From Antedon mediterranea (Eukaryota; Animalia; Echinodermata), in assembly GCF_964355755.1 (NCBI RefSeq), contig NC_092678.1, positions 6,464,422 through 6,528,421 of the forward strand: a DNA stretch of 64,000 bases. The letters run 5' to 3'. The translations under genes and the position numbers were made by a program. This document shows, in pieces, positions 21,898-35,065 of the stretch. Every line of letters begins with the position of its first letter. Position 1 is the first letter of the stretch. The notes under the pieces are model-generated. The model was not told where the DNA came from. It did no database searches and was given only the letters and a program-made list of their open reading frames with translations.

Positions 21898-24090
21898 TGT
21901 GCTCTATCATACTACACATGTACATTTTCCTTCATTCATTTGCACTCAGTCAGTGTTAGAATCATAGAACCAGTATTTTTTCAACATCACAGAGCTAATA
22001 GTAGTTTGGGTTACTACATCCCTAAACTACACAGGGTCTCAATTGAGGCTAATGTGCTTTAATCGGAAACAATTTAAACCAATTCATTGCTTCCTGTAGT
22101 ATGATCTAACCTGCCAATAAACTTATCAAAGTTTGCATTAATTCTTTACACATGTAAAATTTATTATTTAAGTTATTATATTAAAACATTTCTTATTAGA
22201 ATATTAGTTTTGTTCGTAACTTCTTATTTTGAAACACCTTAGAGAGTTATAAATATACTTAGTTCAAATTGGTGAAAATTAAATTGTTATTATCGTAATA
22301 AAATGTTAAAGGTATACCAAATTTGTTGGATCTTTTTGAAGGTGATTTATTAGTGGTTATTATATGGTAATTTCTTATTTGTTTTATCAAATTATTAACA
22401 TGAGAAAAACCATTAATTTAATAAATCAAACCACTGTATTCTGTCAAAATAAAAATAATATATCGTTTAAATTTGTTGATAATGAAAGCTATTTTTTCTT
22501 AGGAAGTATTTAATTAGAGGCTTTAAAACACAATGCCATGGTTTATGTTGAGTCAATGTTTTTTGTGTAAATTTTAGCACTGTCAATTCAAATAGGTTTT
22601 ACACACCAACAAATAAAAATAATGTACATTGTAAAATTTCTTTATTAAAAAATTGGTACAATTTACTCTTTATTTGAAGGACTTGATGTTTTAAATTTCA
22701 TTGTTTGTCAAAATTTGTAACTGAAAAGAAAACTATGGCACAATTTATTGCATATTAACTCTGAGAAACTTTTAAAAGTTATTTGTTATGCAAGAATAAC
22801 TTCGAAAAAAAAGTAATTTTGTAAACGTAATTGTTCAAAACAATACTGTACTGAACCATTGTTGGTTCATGTGGTTGTTAAAAGCTTCCCCTGATAAATC
22901 AAAGTATTGTTCTTTTTTAAAAGATATTAAATCAACTGAAAGAACCTTTGAAAAACATACAATCTGAAATAAAGAACTCATTTAGTGACTAAGAAATGGT
23001 AGGCAAGAGAAAGTATATTCAATTTGAATTATACTGTATTGTTATAGTGGAATATGTTATGATCTAATCATCATCCTAATTTAAACAGTTTTAATAATTA
23101 CTTATAAATTTAGTTTAACATTGATTGATGTATACTGTTACATACAGTGAAATTGTAGGTTTCTCCCTTATGAATATTTATTTTGTTATAAAAGTAGTAT
23201 TTATTTGAAGCAAAATGCATAGCTAAAAATCTCATATCTTGATATGAAGTAGCAAAGACAGTGATAAGCCAGGGCTGTAGCCACCAGTACAGCAGGTTGG
23301 TAAGGTTTCAACCTATCCACTTTTTCACAGAAGCCTTGATAACACTGTGGCCCTTTTCTTGCAATCAACCCACCACTTTATTTTTTGTGACTGTGATCTA
23401 TATATTTGCAGCCCTATGCATTTCTTTTCATCATCAGCACAGTGAAACAAAGTCTTTTAATGTCCTAATGTCAGGAAGTAGGGGCAGGGGTTGCAGTGCA
23501 ATGCATTTCTTCACATCAGCAGTCGCAGCTAAATAAAGATTTCAATTTCCTAATGGCAGTACAATACCATAATCATCCATCACCAAGCCTTTTAACAGGC
23601 TACATAAGTATTTTACAGGCTGGCATAGGAATGTTTATATTAACCTCTGTCAGTGACAAGGTCTTTTGATTTTTCTATTACCAGTGAGCTCACTCTCTGA
23701 ACTAATGAGATGTTATCACACAGACCTTTTACAACCTTATATACTCAATAGTTTACTGGCATACTTCATGTTGGGGGTATGTTAATAGCAACACGAATTT
23801 ACAGTACCAAAATAAGTTTCTCTTTTTTTCAGTAAGATTTAAATTAGTTAAGTTAAGTTAAAATTGTTAAACTGGCAGGGTTCACGGAATTTGAAGCGGC
23901 AAGACACTGGAACATATTCATTTATGAAAACGGAACGCCGCCGAAACAATAAGCATAATTTGCATAGATTTGTTAATAAATCATTTTTAAAATACCAGAA
24001 TACACAGTCCCAAAGGACCAGTTTGTACCATGCAACTTGTGCCCTAAAGTCCCTTCTAAATCTAGACGTATAGCCATATTAAAAGAAATT

Positions 24091-24280
24091 AAGGATCTTT
24101 CGATTTGCGCTGACCGACGACCAACCTAGGTCAGGTCAATTGATGTTTCATTGGTTGTTGTTTGAACCTAGAAACCATCAAACCTGCGTCGAGGTTAGGA
24201 GCGAGGAAGCACCCCGGTATTTTCACATGTGCACATTAAACATGACATAGTTTGATTGTCGGTCATCACAAAACAAAGTT
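24091..24280 (+). mobile_element. Degenerate short MITE (family shared with 49432-49600)
   Basis: TTTCGATTTGCG..ACCGACGA / GTCGGTCATCACAAA ends; internal ACCTAGAAACCATCAAACCTG shared with the 49.5-kb copy. Confidence 0.6.
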
Positions 24281-24321
24281 ATATCATATGGACGTACCCT
24301 TAGTTATAACCTATGATAATA

Positions 24322-24465
24322 CAGTCAACTCTCCCAATACGGACACCTTTAGGCTGGCCAAATATGCTTAGTATTCAGAATTTGTTTTTAATGGTAAAAT
24401 TTAATTTGGGATCTTTTGGGAGAGTTTCCAGTTTTCAGGGAGTCCGGTATTGGGAGAATTGACTG
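24322..24465. mobile_element. Tc1/mariner-type MITE
   Basis: TA|CAGTCAACTCTCCCAATACGGAC ... GTCCGGTATTGGGAGAATTGACTG. Confidence 0.8.
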
Positions 24466-26429
24466 TTTTTAATTTAAGATAATGAAAGAACTTTTCACCT
24501 TTGCAGTTTTATTTTTTGACAGATGCAACCATTATTACTAACATTAGTAGATTTGCTTACTATCAACCAAATGTGTTAAATTGATCCAATCAAATCTACC
24601 AACACAAAGCATTAAAATGATCCCCTAAGCAAGTATTTAAAATAAAAATTAAGTAATATGATATGAAAACACAATTACTAGAAAGTGGTGGTCACCTAAA
24701 GCTCCCGATGATGATTAATCAATAATGTATATGATTTCTTAATAATCCTTTATCTCCACTAATATTTAATACAGGCTTAGTAATTAATGTAAGATCTCTG
24801 CTCTATTCATTACTATAGTTAAAAGATATTGATTGTTTTAGTGTTAATGTGAATGAACTTGAATATGAGGATCTGTTTGTGCTTGACTTCAAAAGTCCAA
24901 TGAACCTTGTGGCTATAAAAGGAATCATCTCTATTCACCAATTACCATATTCTTGCTAATTACTTTGCATTTATTCAGCTTAGCAGTTATTATTGATTCA
25001 ATTAATTTAACACATTTTACTAATGATTTTTATAATAATTTAATTATCCTGCCATTTATAATTAATCATTTTTAGCACAATAAAAGTCATGTGTTAAACA
25101 TTGTGAGCTAGCCCAATTTTGTAAAATAAAGTCCAACCCAAATGTTGTAATTTAATTTTTGATAAATAGACCCGACTGAGAGTGAAACCTATGACATCAC
25201 TTGATTCCATTTGACCTTTGACATTGCTGGACTCTTGGCAGGATTGCTTGATTGTGGTTTAATTTCCAGGGTGTTATTTTGTTTTTGTTTTTTTGTATTT
25301 ATGAATTGATGGTGGAGGAGGTGGATGGGTGCCTAAAATGAAGTGCTAAAGTGAATCCATCTTTTGCATTGTAAATTTTTTAATTAGCCTATGTTTAGTT
25401 CATCAGGTGTGAATGGTATCTTATAGTTGTTAAAAAAGATGATTCCAGACGGTAATTTTATTTAAAAACAATGTTGTTTGTCTCCCTCTTCTCCTTCTAT
25501 CTGTAACTGTAAATAGATTTCCAATAGTTAATTGGTTTGCTAATATTGAATTAAAACCTTCTTAGTTGGATCCCCAATTAAGATCATGTTTTGCCAATTA
25601 AATTGGAATAAACCCCCTTTCACATTCGATGACAATGCTTGGAAGCAAAAGAGCATCCAATTCACACTGATTATCACTAATCCGCATTGTTGTACCAGCT
25701 TCTATGTATACTTTGTTAGTTACACATTCTGTGATTTTCTTTGATGATGCCGTAAGCTTAGTGAATTCCCCCTAATCAATAAGGAATTCTCTACCCTGTG
25801 CTAAAGAATAGGGGATAGGTGGTGACGCAATGCTTATTAAGTATAATCAAGACTTGTGTAACAATAGGCGTAAATCATTAGCCACTCTGTGGGTCAATAA
25901 TGTCTTTGCACCTGTAAAAAACACTGGCCTCTTGTCGGCATATTTGAAGATTAGGGCCTAGATTTAATTTTAAGCTTATACAAAGCTCAATGCCATTGGA
26001 TAAAGACTTAAAAGATACTGTTTAAATTTGAGCATAAAGGTAATATGGGGATCATTGCATTATAATTTAATAATCATTTTATTCTACAATACTGGAGTAC
26101 TGTATTTGTTGCCTTTGGATGCAGAAATAAGCTAAACCGCGTGTAACTCTGATAGAGCACATTATAACTCCGATAGAGAAAATAGCATGCTTACCACCTC
26201 TGGTATAGACTGACCTATCTTCATTTTATTGTTTAAAAAGATTAAAATCTAAAATGGTAAATTCTACCTGCTACATTCAATGTTGTTTTGACTATTTATG
26301 ACACAGTGGTGACCCACTTTGGCCCTCAATTACACAGTCCCATGTAACAATGTCATAGAATTAAATTGATTTATTAATGGTTTAAATATAAATTATATTG
26401 ACTTTTAATTCCGGTGTGGGTTTAACTAC

Positions 26430-28059
26430 GGGTCTGTTTCTGCTGCATAACGCAATTTAACCGGTTATTTTTAAATAGATTAAAAATAGATAACAATAAC
26501 AAGACTGCGTTTCTGCTCAATTTGTGCTCCGAAATAACCGGTTAAATCTATGGGTGGTCGTCGAGCAAAACGTCATCATTACCCAAAATGCAATACACTC
26601 AGACGGAAGTAGTAAGTTGGCTGTTTGTTTACATCGACGTCGTGAGTACACACATGTGTATATATCGCCGAACATCTCACTCAAACATGTTAAAAAAATA
26701 AAATGTTGTCTCCAGGTCTACAAGTTTTGTTTTTTGTAAAGCCTACTTACATCGCTAATAAAATTAATTCTCATGGCGCCTTCAATAACATGATGGGGAG
26801 GGTCGTGCAGCGCCCGATCGCCTAGGATAATTTTTATCCTCAACAAAGGCGATGAAATACGGCCCTTCCCACGTGAACGTGTTGTCTTTCGCGAGCGCGG
26901 TCCTACAAAACACCAAACGGAAACAAAAACGAGACTCAGATTGTTGCAATACTTACCAAACGAGAGTAGATAATTGTTAATTAATTATGAAAACCCAACT
27001 TTTATAGCAAAAATCGTCCGAATTTATGTTAAAAACGATGAGTTTAGCCACAAAAACTTAAATAAAACGAGAGTATCCAAGTCATAGAATATCGCACGCA
27101 CATAGTGCCTTTAATAAAGTAATGAGTATTGAACATTATTTCGTATATTTATGTACTAACATAAATAATAACACATTTCTATGCTTAATAAAATCATATT
27201 TAATATATTATCAAAGGCTCTGATTACCTTTGTTTTCGGTCGATGTGATGTTTTTCTAACAAATTATATTGTGTAAAACGATCAAAGTAAGAATGTTCAT
27301 TGTTCTCCTATTAAAGGCACTAAGGGCGTGCCATAAATACGCTCGTTTGGATTAAGTTTTTGTTGCTAAATTCATCGTTTATAACATAAATTCGGATGAT
27401 TTTTGCTAAACAATTTGGGTTTTCATAATTAATTAACCATTATCTACTATCGTTTGGTAGGTATTTGCAACATTCTGAGTCCCTTTTTTGTTTCAGTTTT
27501 GGTGCTTATATAGGACCATCCATACCCTTCGCGAGCGTGTACTAAAACGCCTCAAATTGCTTAGCTTGGGTAGTCCCCGAAACTCCACCCCAAACTCCTC
27601 TTTAGACTTTTACTTTCGCAAAAATGCTCTTATTTATTATCTGTGATTCTTTTCTATTGCCTGCCATCCTTCCCCGTACTTTCTCTCCCCCCACAACTGA
27701 ATAACATATCTTGTGATTTCATTCATCCACATACATGTTCATTTCTTCGTTGACTGTCAAAACCACGAGGAAAACACACATCGTATGCGACGGTATCTGA
27801 CCCGGGGTCACAACTGTCAATCAAATAACCGTTATTTCGTGTTGCAGCTAAGAATTGCTCAGCGATAACCGGTTAAACGGCGTTCTAACACCGATTTAAA
27901 TTGGTGTTTTTAACCGGTTATTTTGCGCTGCCTTTTAACCGGTTACCACAAATTTGTCCTGTTTCTGCTGCCAAGAAAATGGAGTTAATTTATTCACACC
28001 GATTTTAATTTATTCACACCGATTTTAACCGGTTATTTTTATGCAGCAGAAATAGGCCC
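26430..28059. mobile_element. 1.63-kb Harbinger-like non-autonomous element
   Basis: TIR GGG(T/C)CT(G/A)TTTCTGCTGCATAA, 3-bp TSD TAC on both sides; repeated AACCGGTTA subterminal motifs. Confidence 0.82.
26899..27517. repeat. Long inverted repeat (arms about 205-210 bp, spacer about 200 bp) with Kolobok-like TTAA|AGGCACT termini facing the spacer
   Basis: 26899-27110 is the diverged reverse complement of 27315-27517; AGTGCCT|TTAA and TTAA|AGGCACT border the spacer. Confidence 0.8.
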
Positions 28060-28450
28060 TACGTGTACATTCATGTTCCATTGATACATCCATTGAGACG
28101 GATTTAAGAGTATGTATATTCCATATCACTACAGTCGTAGAATAAACACAGTCTGGCTTTATAAATGTTGGCACCTTCATGTGTTGGTATTTTGTGGTCA
28201 CCATAGATCATTTTTATGTTGAAGTTTTTACCATGACATTAAACCTTGTCTATGTGGTGGAATGTAGCAAATGTCATTCTCAAAATAGTCATGTCATAAT
28301 ATATAAAAGAACATATAATGAATAATGTTATTTTGTGGAAAACAAATTTAATGTAATGTTTTCCTGTGTATGTTTACAGTACTTGATTTTCTAAGATAGT
28401 AGAAAGAGGCACTGTACGATTGTTTTATATTGCTGTATGATAAGAATATA

Positions 28451-29257
28451 CCGTATATTTCGGTGTATAAGTCGCACTTTTGACACGCAAATTTGACCTC
28501 CAAATTAAGGGTGCGTCTTATACACCGAACATAAATGCCTCACCACACAGATTGTACATAGGCCTAGGCCTAGGCTATCGTCACCTCGTTTGCTAGGCCT
28601 GAGTAGGCTAGGCCTAGCTACAGTAACTAACTAACGTAATGTTATACTAAATATGATGAAAAGATTTGTTCATTATGGCGCTCCGATAAAATTTCATTTG
28701 TAAACGTTTACGTCGTACGATTGGAATAGTATTTATTTATACAGTAGTTATACGCACGATCGCCGTACCCCAAGCGCAAGCCCTTCTTTTGGTGGCCACA
28801 TGGTGTACGGTATTCGACTAGTATATTCTCCAGGTGATTATAGCATGGACCTAGCGTACACACTTCTCGGATACATAGATACTAATCGAATACGATTGTC
28901 CGTGAAAACGTGCCCCCTCTCGAAATGATCGAGCGAGGCTAGCCCACACACGTGCGTGTTACACACACGGTCATGCACTCGATGTTGCGGCGAAACTCAT
29001 GAATAACGAGTTAGAAAGAACTTGTTGAGGCTGGGCGCGGCCGAGCCTAGGTAAGAAAAAAACCTAAATAAAGGACGCCGTTGTAGATATAATAAAATAT
29101 ATTATCACAATAATATTGATTACAATTTAAAAAAACATTGTTTTGATGAAATATAAGGTGCGTCTTATACATCGACGATATAAAAAATACCGATATTTTA
29201 CTCTCAGTTGGGGGTGCGTCTTATACACAGGTGCGACTTATACACCGAAATATACGG
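28451..29257. mobile_element. pogo/Tigger-like MITE
   Basis: Perfect TIR CCGTATATTTCGGTGTATAAGTCGCAC, TA TSD, subterminal GGTGCGTCTTATACAC repeats. Confidence 0.9.
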
Positions 29258-29612
29258 TATATATAACAGATTTATTAACGCATTTTGGAAGAATATTATT
29301 GCTTTTAGGAAAAAGCGAATTAAAAAAAAAATTGATCTTAAAAATAACCTCAATTGGTTTCCATCTTGATAAAAAAAGCAATTTTCTTTTGGTCTAACTT
29401 TGACCTCACCTCAAAAGGTCGCTTACCACTGCAACCACCAAAATTGAATGGCAAATTTAACTGCAGATTACCGAATTGATTGAGATGAGATGTACACGTG
29501 TACAATAAAACCCCTATTACGTGGGCATCTCCAGGACCCAATAAAGTGTCCACTTAATAGAGCTGTCCCGTATGTTGCTTTATTTCATTGCTGTATTCCT
29601 GTTATTTTGTAG

Positions 29613-29711
29613 GCTGAAGGTGGAATCACAGATGGAATTATTGTCTCAAGAGTCACGGAAAGTGGACCGGCGGAACAAGCAGAACTGAAAATACATGATA
29701 GGATCATTAAG
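29613..29711 (+). CDS. PDZRN3: PDZRN3/4-family coding exon 3 (middle of PDZ1)
   Basis: TTTTGTAG acceptor; AEGGITDGIIVSRVTESGPAEQAELKIHDRIIK matches the PDZRN GIFVSK..SGPA..LQIHDRII pattern; GTTAGT donor; 99 nt, phase 0-0. Confidence 0.92.
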
Positions 29712-30559
29712 GTTAGTTTTGGTGGATGTCTGCGTTGCGTATGTTAAATGTTTCTATGACCTTTCTGGTGGTCCGATGGTTTATAACACGTCCTATATGT
29801 AATAAATGCATCATCTGATGTGTGTGCAGGATGGCATAGCTGGTTACCTCATAACATTTCCTAAAATTGGAAAGTGTTGAAATATATTGTGAAATATTAA
29901 AAAAAACTTGTTTGTAATCTCAGAAATTACTTACTAATAGAATAGAAAAGTTATGATCTATAAAATTATAATTTTTTATTTAGTTGAATTATTAATGCTA
30001 TAAATACTTTTTCCTCAGTAGGAAATTTCACCATCTTTCTAAATTTATACCAGAAGTTTGCAATTAGAAAACATGTTAGCAATGCAAGAATGTTCTTAGT
30101 TTATTTAAATCGGGTCATTGCAGAAATTCTTGCTTGTTCTGCAGCTGAACAGAAATTCCACATAAGCTATTTTAGCACCTCAGAGTATTTAAGCCAACTT
30201 TTGTAGGCTCTTGTGGATGTCCACAGACTTTCTAAATGGTGAGGAGTGACAGTCGAAATTGCAATTAAGATTGGGTTGAGTCTGCTTGAGATTCTTATAC
30301 AGTATGCCTAGCTTTATTTAATTTGAAAATATTGACAGACTATTACTAAATGTAATAATATCAGAACCAAGTTGAATAATTTGTCTATGTTGATTTGAAT
30401 GTTGAAAGCTTAGGCCATTCAAACGGGAGAGATTATGGCCAGAGCAGAGCAGTTATAAATGGTTCACAATACAGTTTTCGATTGTACATAAATTATTTAC
30501 CAGCTTACCACGCTGCACAAAATTCTCAAAAAGTGAAGGGGAAAAAAGCTGTGTAATAG

Positions 30560-30968
30560 CAAAGAACTTATAACACAAGAATCTCCTGTTCTTCAATTTG
30601 CATTCAAAACACAGTATCTGAAGTACAGGGTTAAAAGGTCAAACTGGGCGACGCCATTTCACAGCATGGAGCAGCGCCCCCTCCAAACTAGGAAGTCAAT
30701 TACTCTACCCCCCTAGAGTATTAGCAGATCCCCTCTATAATTTTGACTTTCTAATTTGATGCGGGCGCCCTACTCCTCAGTCAATTACTCTATCCCCCCT
30801 AGAGCATTAGTAGATCCCCTCTATGATTTTGACTTTCTAATTTGATGCGGGCGCCCTACTCCATGGCTCATAATGGCGCCACCCATAGCTCTATTCTATC
30901 CCACAATGCCTTTCGAAATTGTTACGCGCTTTGGACGAACAGGAGATTCTTGTGTTATAAGTTCTTTG
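30560..30968. mobile_element. P-superfamily-like MITE
   Basis: Perfect 32-bp TIR CAAAGAACTTATAACACAAGAATCTCCTGTTC; 7-bp TSD GTAATAG; internal tandem duplication of about 83 bp. Confidence 0.85.
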
Positions 30969-31687
30969 GTAATAGTACCTTCAATCATGTGAAAAATAAT
31001 GTATAGCATGTGATAGAAATTAACCAATGACTTAGCAAGAATATGTGTGTTATAGTAAACTACATTTTATACTCTTTAAACATGTTTGCAACACTCTCAG
31101 TCTATTTCAGTGACTGCCTCATAACAAAGCATAGTACATTAAACAGTTACTGCACTAACAGTTACTGCAGTAATTGCAGTAAAATAATTATAACATGATC
31201 CCTAAATATAACACATTCTCAAATGTGTCTATTGAAAAAAAAAAAGACCTAAGTCATAAATCAAATTTAAAGCAGTCTGAGATAGCAGTTATGATGAACT
31301 GTGTTATAATGAGATTTTTACTATTAAATTATAATAGACGACCTCATGGGACACTTGAACTGTCTGCACTGGAAATTAAGTGTTAAAAAGAATGCGCACT
31401 CAAAGATGTTCGTTTACTATTAGCATTTTAGGCGTCTATGTATTTCTTTCTATAAAGTTTTAGTCTTAAAAATCTATTAGAAATTGTATGTTTTTCAGTA
31501 TAAAAAATTATGTTAATAATGAGAGGGCTGATTTCTTCATGATTGGTTTGCAACAGCTGACAAGTTTGGTTTGGGTTAGTTAAATGCCTGGAGGTCAAGG
31601 TATTAGTGAGATACTCCCTGTAGGCCTACAGTAGCAGTTCTTCATTCTCTACTACTGCTGTAGGTCTACCAAGATTCAGTTGTTATT

Positions 31688-31714
<27 letters not shown>
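31688..31714. repeat. (GT)n microsatellite
   Basis: About 13 uninterrupted GT units. Confidence 0.95.
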
Positions 31715-31719
<5 letters not shown>

Positions 31720-32075
31720 GAATATCCCACATTCAACTTTGTAAAAAATAATTCTAAAATGCTTTCAGTTTAGTTGACTAGCTTTTACATTTGGTCCAAA
31801 TCAAACATGAACCAACAACAGTTTAAGGAGGAGAAGAAAGGAGGAGATTACCTGATTTTTGAGAGTTTTGAATTGGTCTTTTTATTAATGTACTGTGTGA
31901 ATAAAACAACAAAGTAAAACAATTTAATTGACTTAACTTTAAAGTGGTATTAATTTAAATGACAAAGTTACAGTTACTAAAACAGAATCAAATGTCTAAA
32001 TTCATATCAACCATGAAGGGCAATGTGATTTCCTTGACAACCATGCTACCCTAGCATTAACTGTAGATTAAGTGA

Positions 32076-32370
32076 ATAATAATAATAAATTAAATTTATA
32101 AAGCGCTTCAAATTGACAGAAACAAACTTTAAGCGCTGTACATGAAAATAACATAAACATCAGCTTAATATAAAACAATCAATACCACCAATTTAAAAAT
32201 TACACAATAAAAAAAGACAAAAATATATACAACTGAGAACAGTTTTAAACACACCATTGCACATGAGACATAATGCTGCACCATCTCAAAATATCTTAAA
32301 TGAGTTAATACTGTGATAACTAGTATTAAATAAATAAGTTTTCAAGTCTTTTTTAAATGAGGTAATGTTG
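32076..32370 (-). mobile_element. L2-type LINE 3' remnant
   Basis: Minus strand encodes FKKDLKTYLF (typical L2 ORF2 C-terminus), then CAGCGCTT...AAGCGCTTTATAAA and an (ATT)n tail. Confidence 0.7.
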
Positions 32371-33493
32371 GAGGGTGGGAAAGTAAGAGGAATAAGGAGT
32401 AGAGGAATCCAGACTCCGTACCCCTCCTCCCTAAATCCTAGTAGGCTGACTTAAGTATGTGAAGCCTTCATTTGTACTGTACAACCCATCCTCGTCGCCA
32501 ATGTTATATCTTGTGTCTATTTATTGCATCTTTCATTGTGTACAACGTATACATACAGATTACCAACCATGTGGTTATATCGATCTCCCTTAACCCATTA
32601 GTCTCCCAATCCAGACACTACATCAAATTTACTAGGTGATATCTTGCCAGGTAAGCCACACTTATAGACTACCATTCCAACATGAGGGGTTTTTGAGATT
32701 TTGAAAGGTAACCAAAGTTTTCAATGTTTTGTTTAAATTACTGATTTAGTAACCTTAATACCATGTACACAATACTCGAGTCTTTGTCATTACCGCTCTT
32801 TTTATTACTGTCTGCACGCAATGTATTATTACCACTTCGTATCTGTTTAATAACAGCTTCAGAAATTTACTTAAATTCTTTAGTAAATACTGTCTCTTCA
32901 CTTTTTTCCACTGTATTGTCATTTTTAATCCACTAAAACAACTAAAGTTCATTGAGAAGTTTGTAAAATTGTTATGCAATAATTAGATTTGACATTGGAC
33001 ATGTCTTTAGTCACAATTATCTGAATAGGATGGACAAAGTAGTGATCATACTACTTTGTGAGTGTATAAAAGAGCTTTATTCCCTTGAAGGCTAGGGGAG
33101 GAGTGACTATTTACATGAAGGCTGAAGAAGAAGAGTAGCGTTTGAAAGTCTTTAATAAAGAAAAATCGTTTGTTAATTCTGAATGAATTTTCCACAACCC
33201 CATCACCAGTAGTAAAGAAAACAACATGTTTACAACAATAAACACAAACCCATAATTGATTAAACTTTACACAAATAGGAAGCTTGATCCAAGCAGCGGT
33301 CTGGAGTGTGACAGGATCCAGAATCAACGTATCAATCAATAGAGTTGGCTAGTCTCGTGTTTAGAGTAGTTACAACTTTGAACCCAATACTAGTGAGTGC
33401 AATATATAAAGACAGCTTTAGTATTTGCTGATGTCTCTCCAGTTTACTGTTTTACAATTTTGCCATTCTCCTAAGCTTCTGAAGCTAAATTTA

Positions 33494-33604
33494 AGCTTGA
33501 TTCCCACTATGATGCAACTAAAGGATGTTCGCACAATGCAAGTTTGGACATTCCATTGCGATTTGTACATAGGTCCTTGTGTTGCATCCTAGTGGGAACA
33601 AGCT
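33494..33604. mobile_element. Palindromic Harbinger/Tourist-like MITE (AGCTTGGTTCCCACTAG family), degenerate
   Basis: AGCTTGATTCCCACTA / TAGTGGGAACAAGCT with TTA TSD. Confidence 0.7.
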
Positions 33605-34665
33605 TTAGTTAAGGCCTCTATTTCCACAATTGTGATCCAATAAAGTATGATCAATACTTAATATTAACCATCATGAGTTAAAACAGTCAATTTGTGAACT
33701 TGCCGCTAAAGGCTTTAATTAGACTGACTGCTTGCTATATATATGATTTCTAAATAAATTTAAACTACCTCAAATTATCAAGCATTAATAATTCTGTAAC
33801 CTAATCTATAATTCACTTCACTCTGTCGGGTCTGATCAAAAACCGAAAAATTGATCAAACGTATCCAGTTTCTATGTACAGGTTTTATGTTACGAGGGAC
33901 AACATAGGGGAGGAGTTGTTCTTACGGTTAAATCGCCAATTCATAATCGATGCTGAAAAGTTACAAAGTGATCATTAAATAGACGCTTTTTCAAAATTGT
34001 TATTCAAGTAAAAGATTGAAAACAATAATCGGTATTTGCGAGATGAAATGATGATCTGTCTTTACACGCTTTATGCGAATTGCCCGCCCCTGTTGTTCTT
34101 CGTTATTGTCTTTTGATCAAGGAAGCCGCTATGAAATTGACAGGAACCGTGAAGAATAAAACCTCTTTTCTACATACCATCTCAAGCACACTGTGGATTT
34201 CCCAAGCGTGAAAATGGTACAAGTCGGAGATCTTTTGTAGTGGCCGCAATTATGATTTAATATTTTCTGCTTGAGTCGTTTAATTTATGCAACATTGTTA
34301 CTATTTGTTTTCGCAACCTCTCAAGGAAAATCTGCTTTTTTAAGTTGCTGAAGCGCAGCTGTGCAAAGCCGAATCTAAATCTGTAAAGCAGGCAGAAAAA
34401 CAGTTAATTAATGAGTGTCGGTTAGGTTGTCTCCCAGAGGGAGGTTTATTAATCGGTCGTTGCATGAACTATTAATGTAAAATAGTTATTACTGTTTCAT
34501 AGCCTGTCTATTATATTCCATTAGACATTATTATTGAATTATATTATGTATTATTTATGTAAAATTTAAGCAAATTAAATTGACAATATACATATTAATG
34601 TTCAATAATAGATCTCCTCTTAAAGGGACATGTTCTCCATTTGGAATCCCAAAAGTCTCCTCTTA

Positions 34666-34869
34666 AGCGTGGTTCCCACTAGAACGCAACGCAATGTAAC
34701 GCAGCGATGCAAAGAGTGTTGTATTGCATAATCACAAGTGGGAACCGATGATGCACTAGTGCTGCAAACATCGTAGGTTTGATTTCACGCAGGCGGGGGC
34801 AAACACAATTTATGGAAGGGCATTTTCTTACGTTGCGTAGACTGCGTTACGTTGAGTGGGAACCACGCT
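34666..34869. mobile_element. Palindromic Harbinger/Tourist-like MITE nested in a CAGTAGAACC-family MITE
   Basis: AGCGTGGTTCCCACT / AGTGGGAACCACGCT, TTA TSD; flanks carry host motifs AAGGGACA and TAGGGGTT. Confidence 0.8.
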
Positions 34870-34914
34870 TTATAGGGGTTGACCTTAAGTTTTACTATAT
34901 TGTACATTGTAGAT

Positions 34915-35065
34915 TATAGAACACCTATAATTAAGGGAACATCTTCAGGACCCAACAAAGTAAAGGGTAAAATATGTTCTGAGGATATGACTTTTAAAGC
35001 TTGGTTCCCACAAGAGAGTGACGTATAGGGATACTATGTTGAGTGTCCCTTTAGAGTTTTACTGT
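34915..35065 (+). mobile_element. CAGTAGAACC-family MITE containing a truncated AGCTTGGTTCCCAC end
   Basis: TAGAACACCT...GTGTCCCTTTAGAGTTTTACTG|TA; TAA|AGCTTGGTTCCCAC at 34998. Confidence 0.55.
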
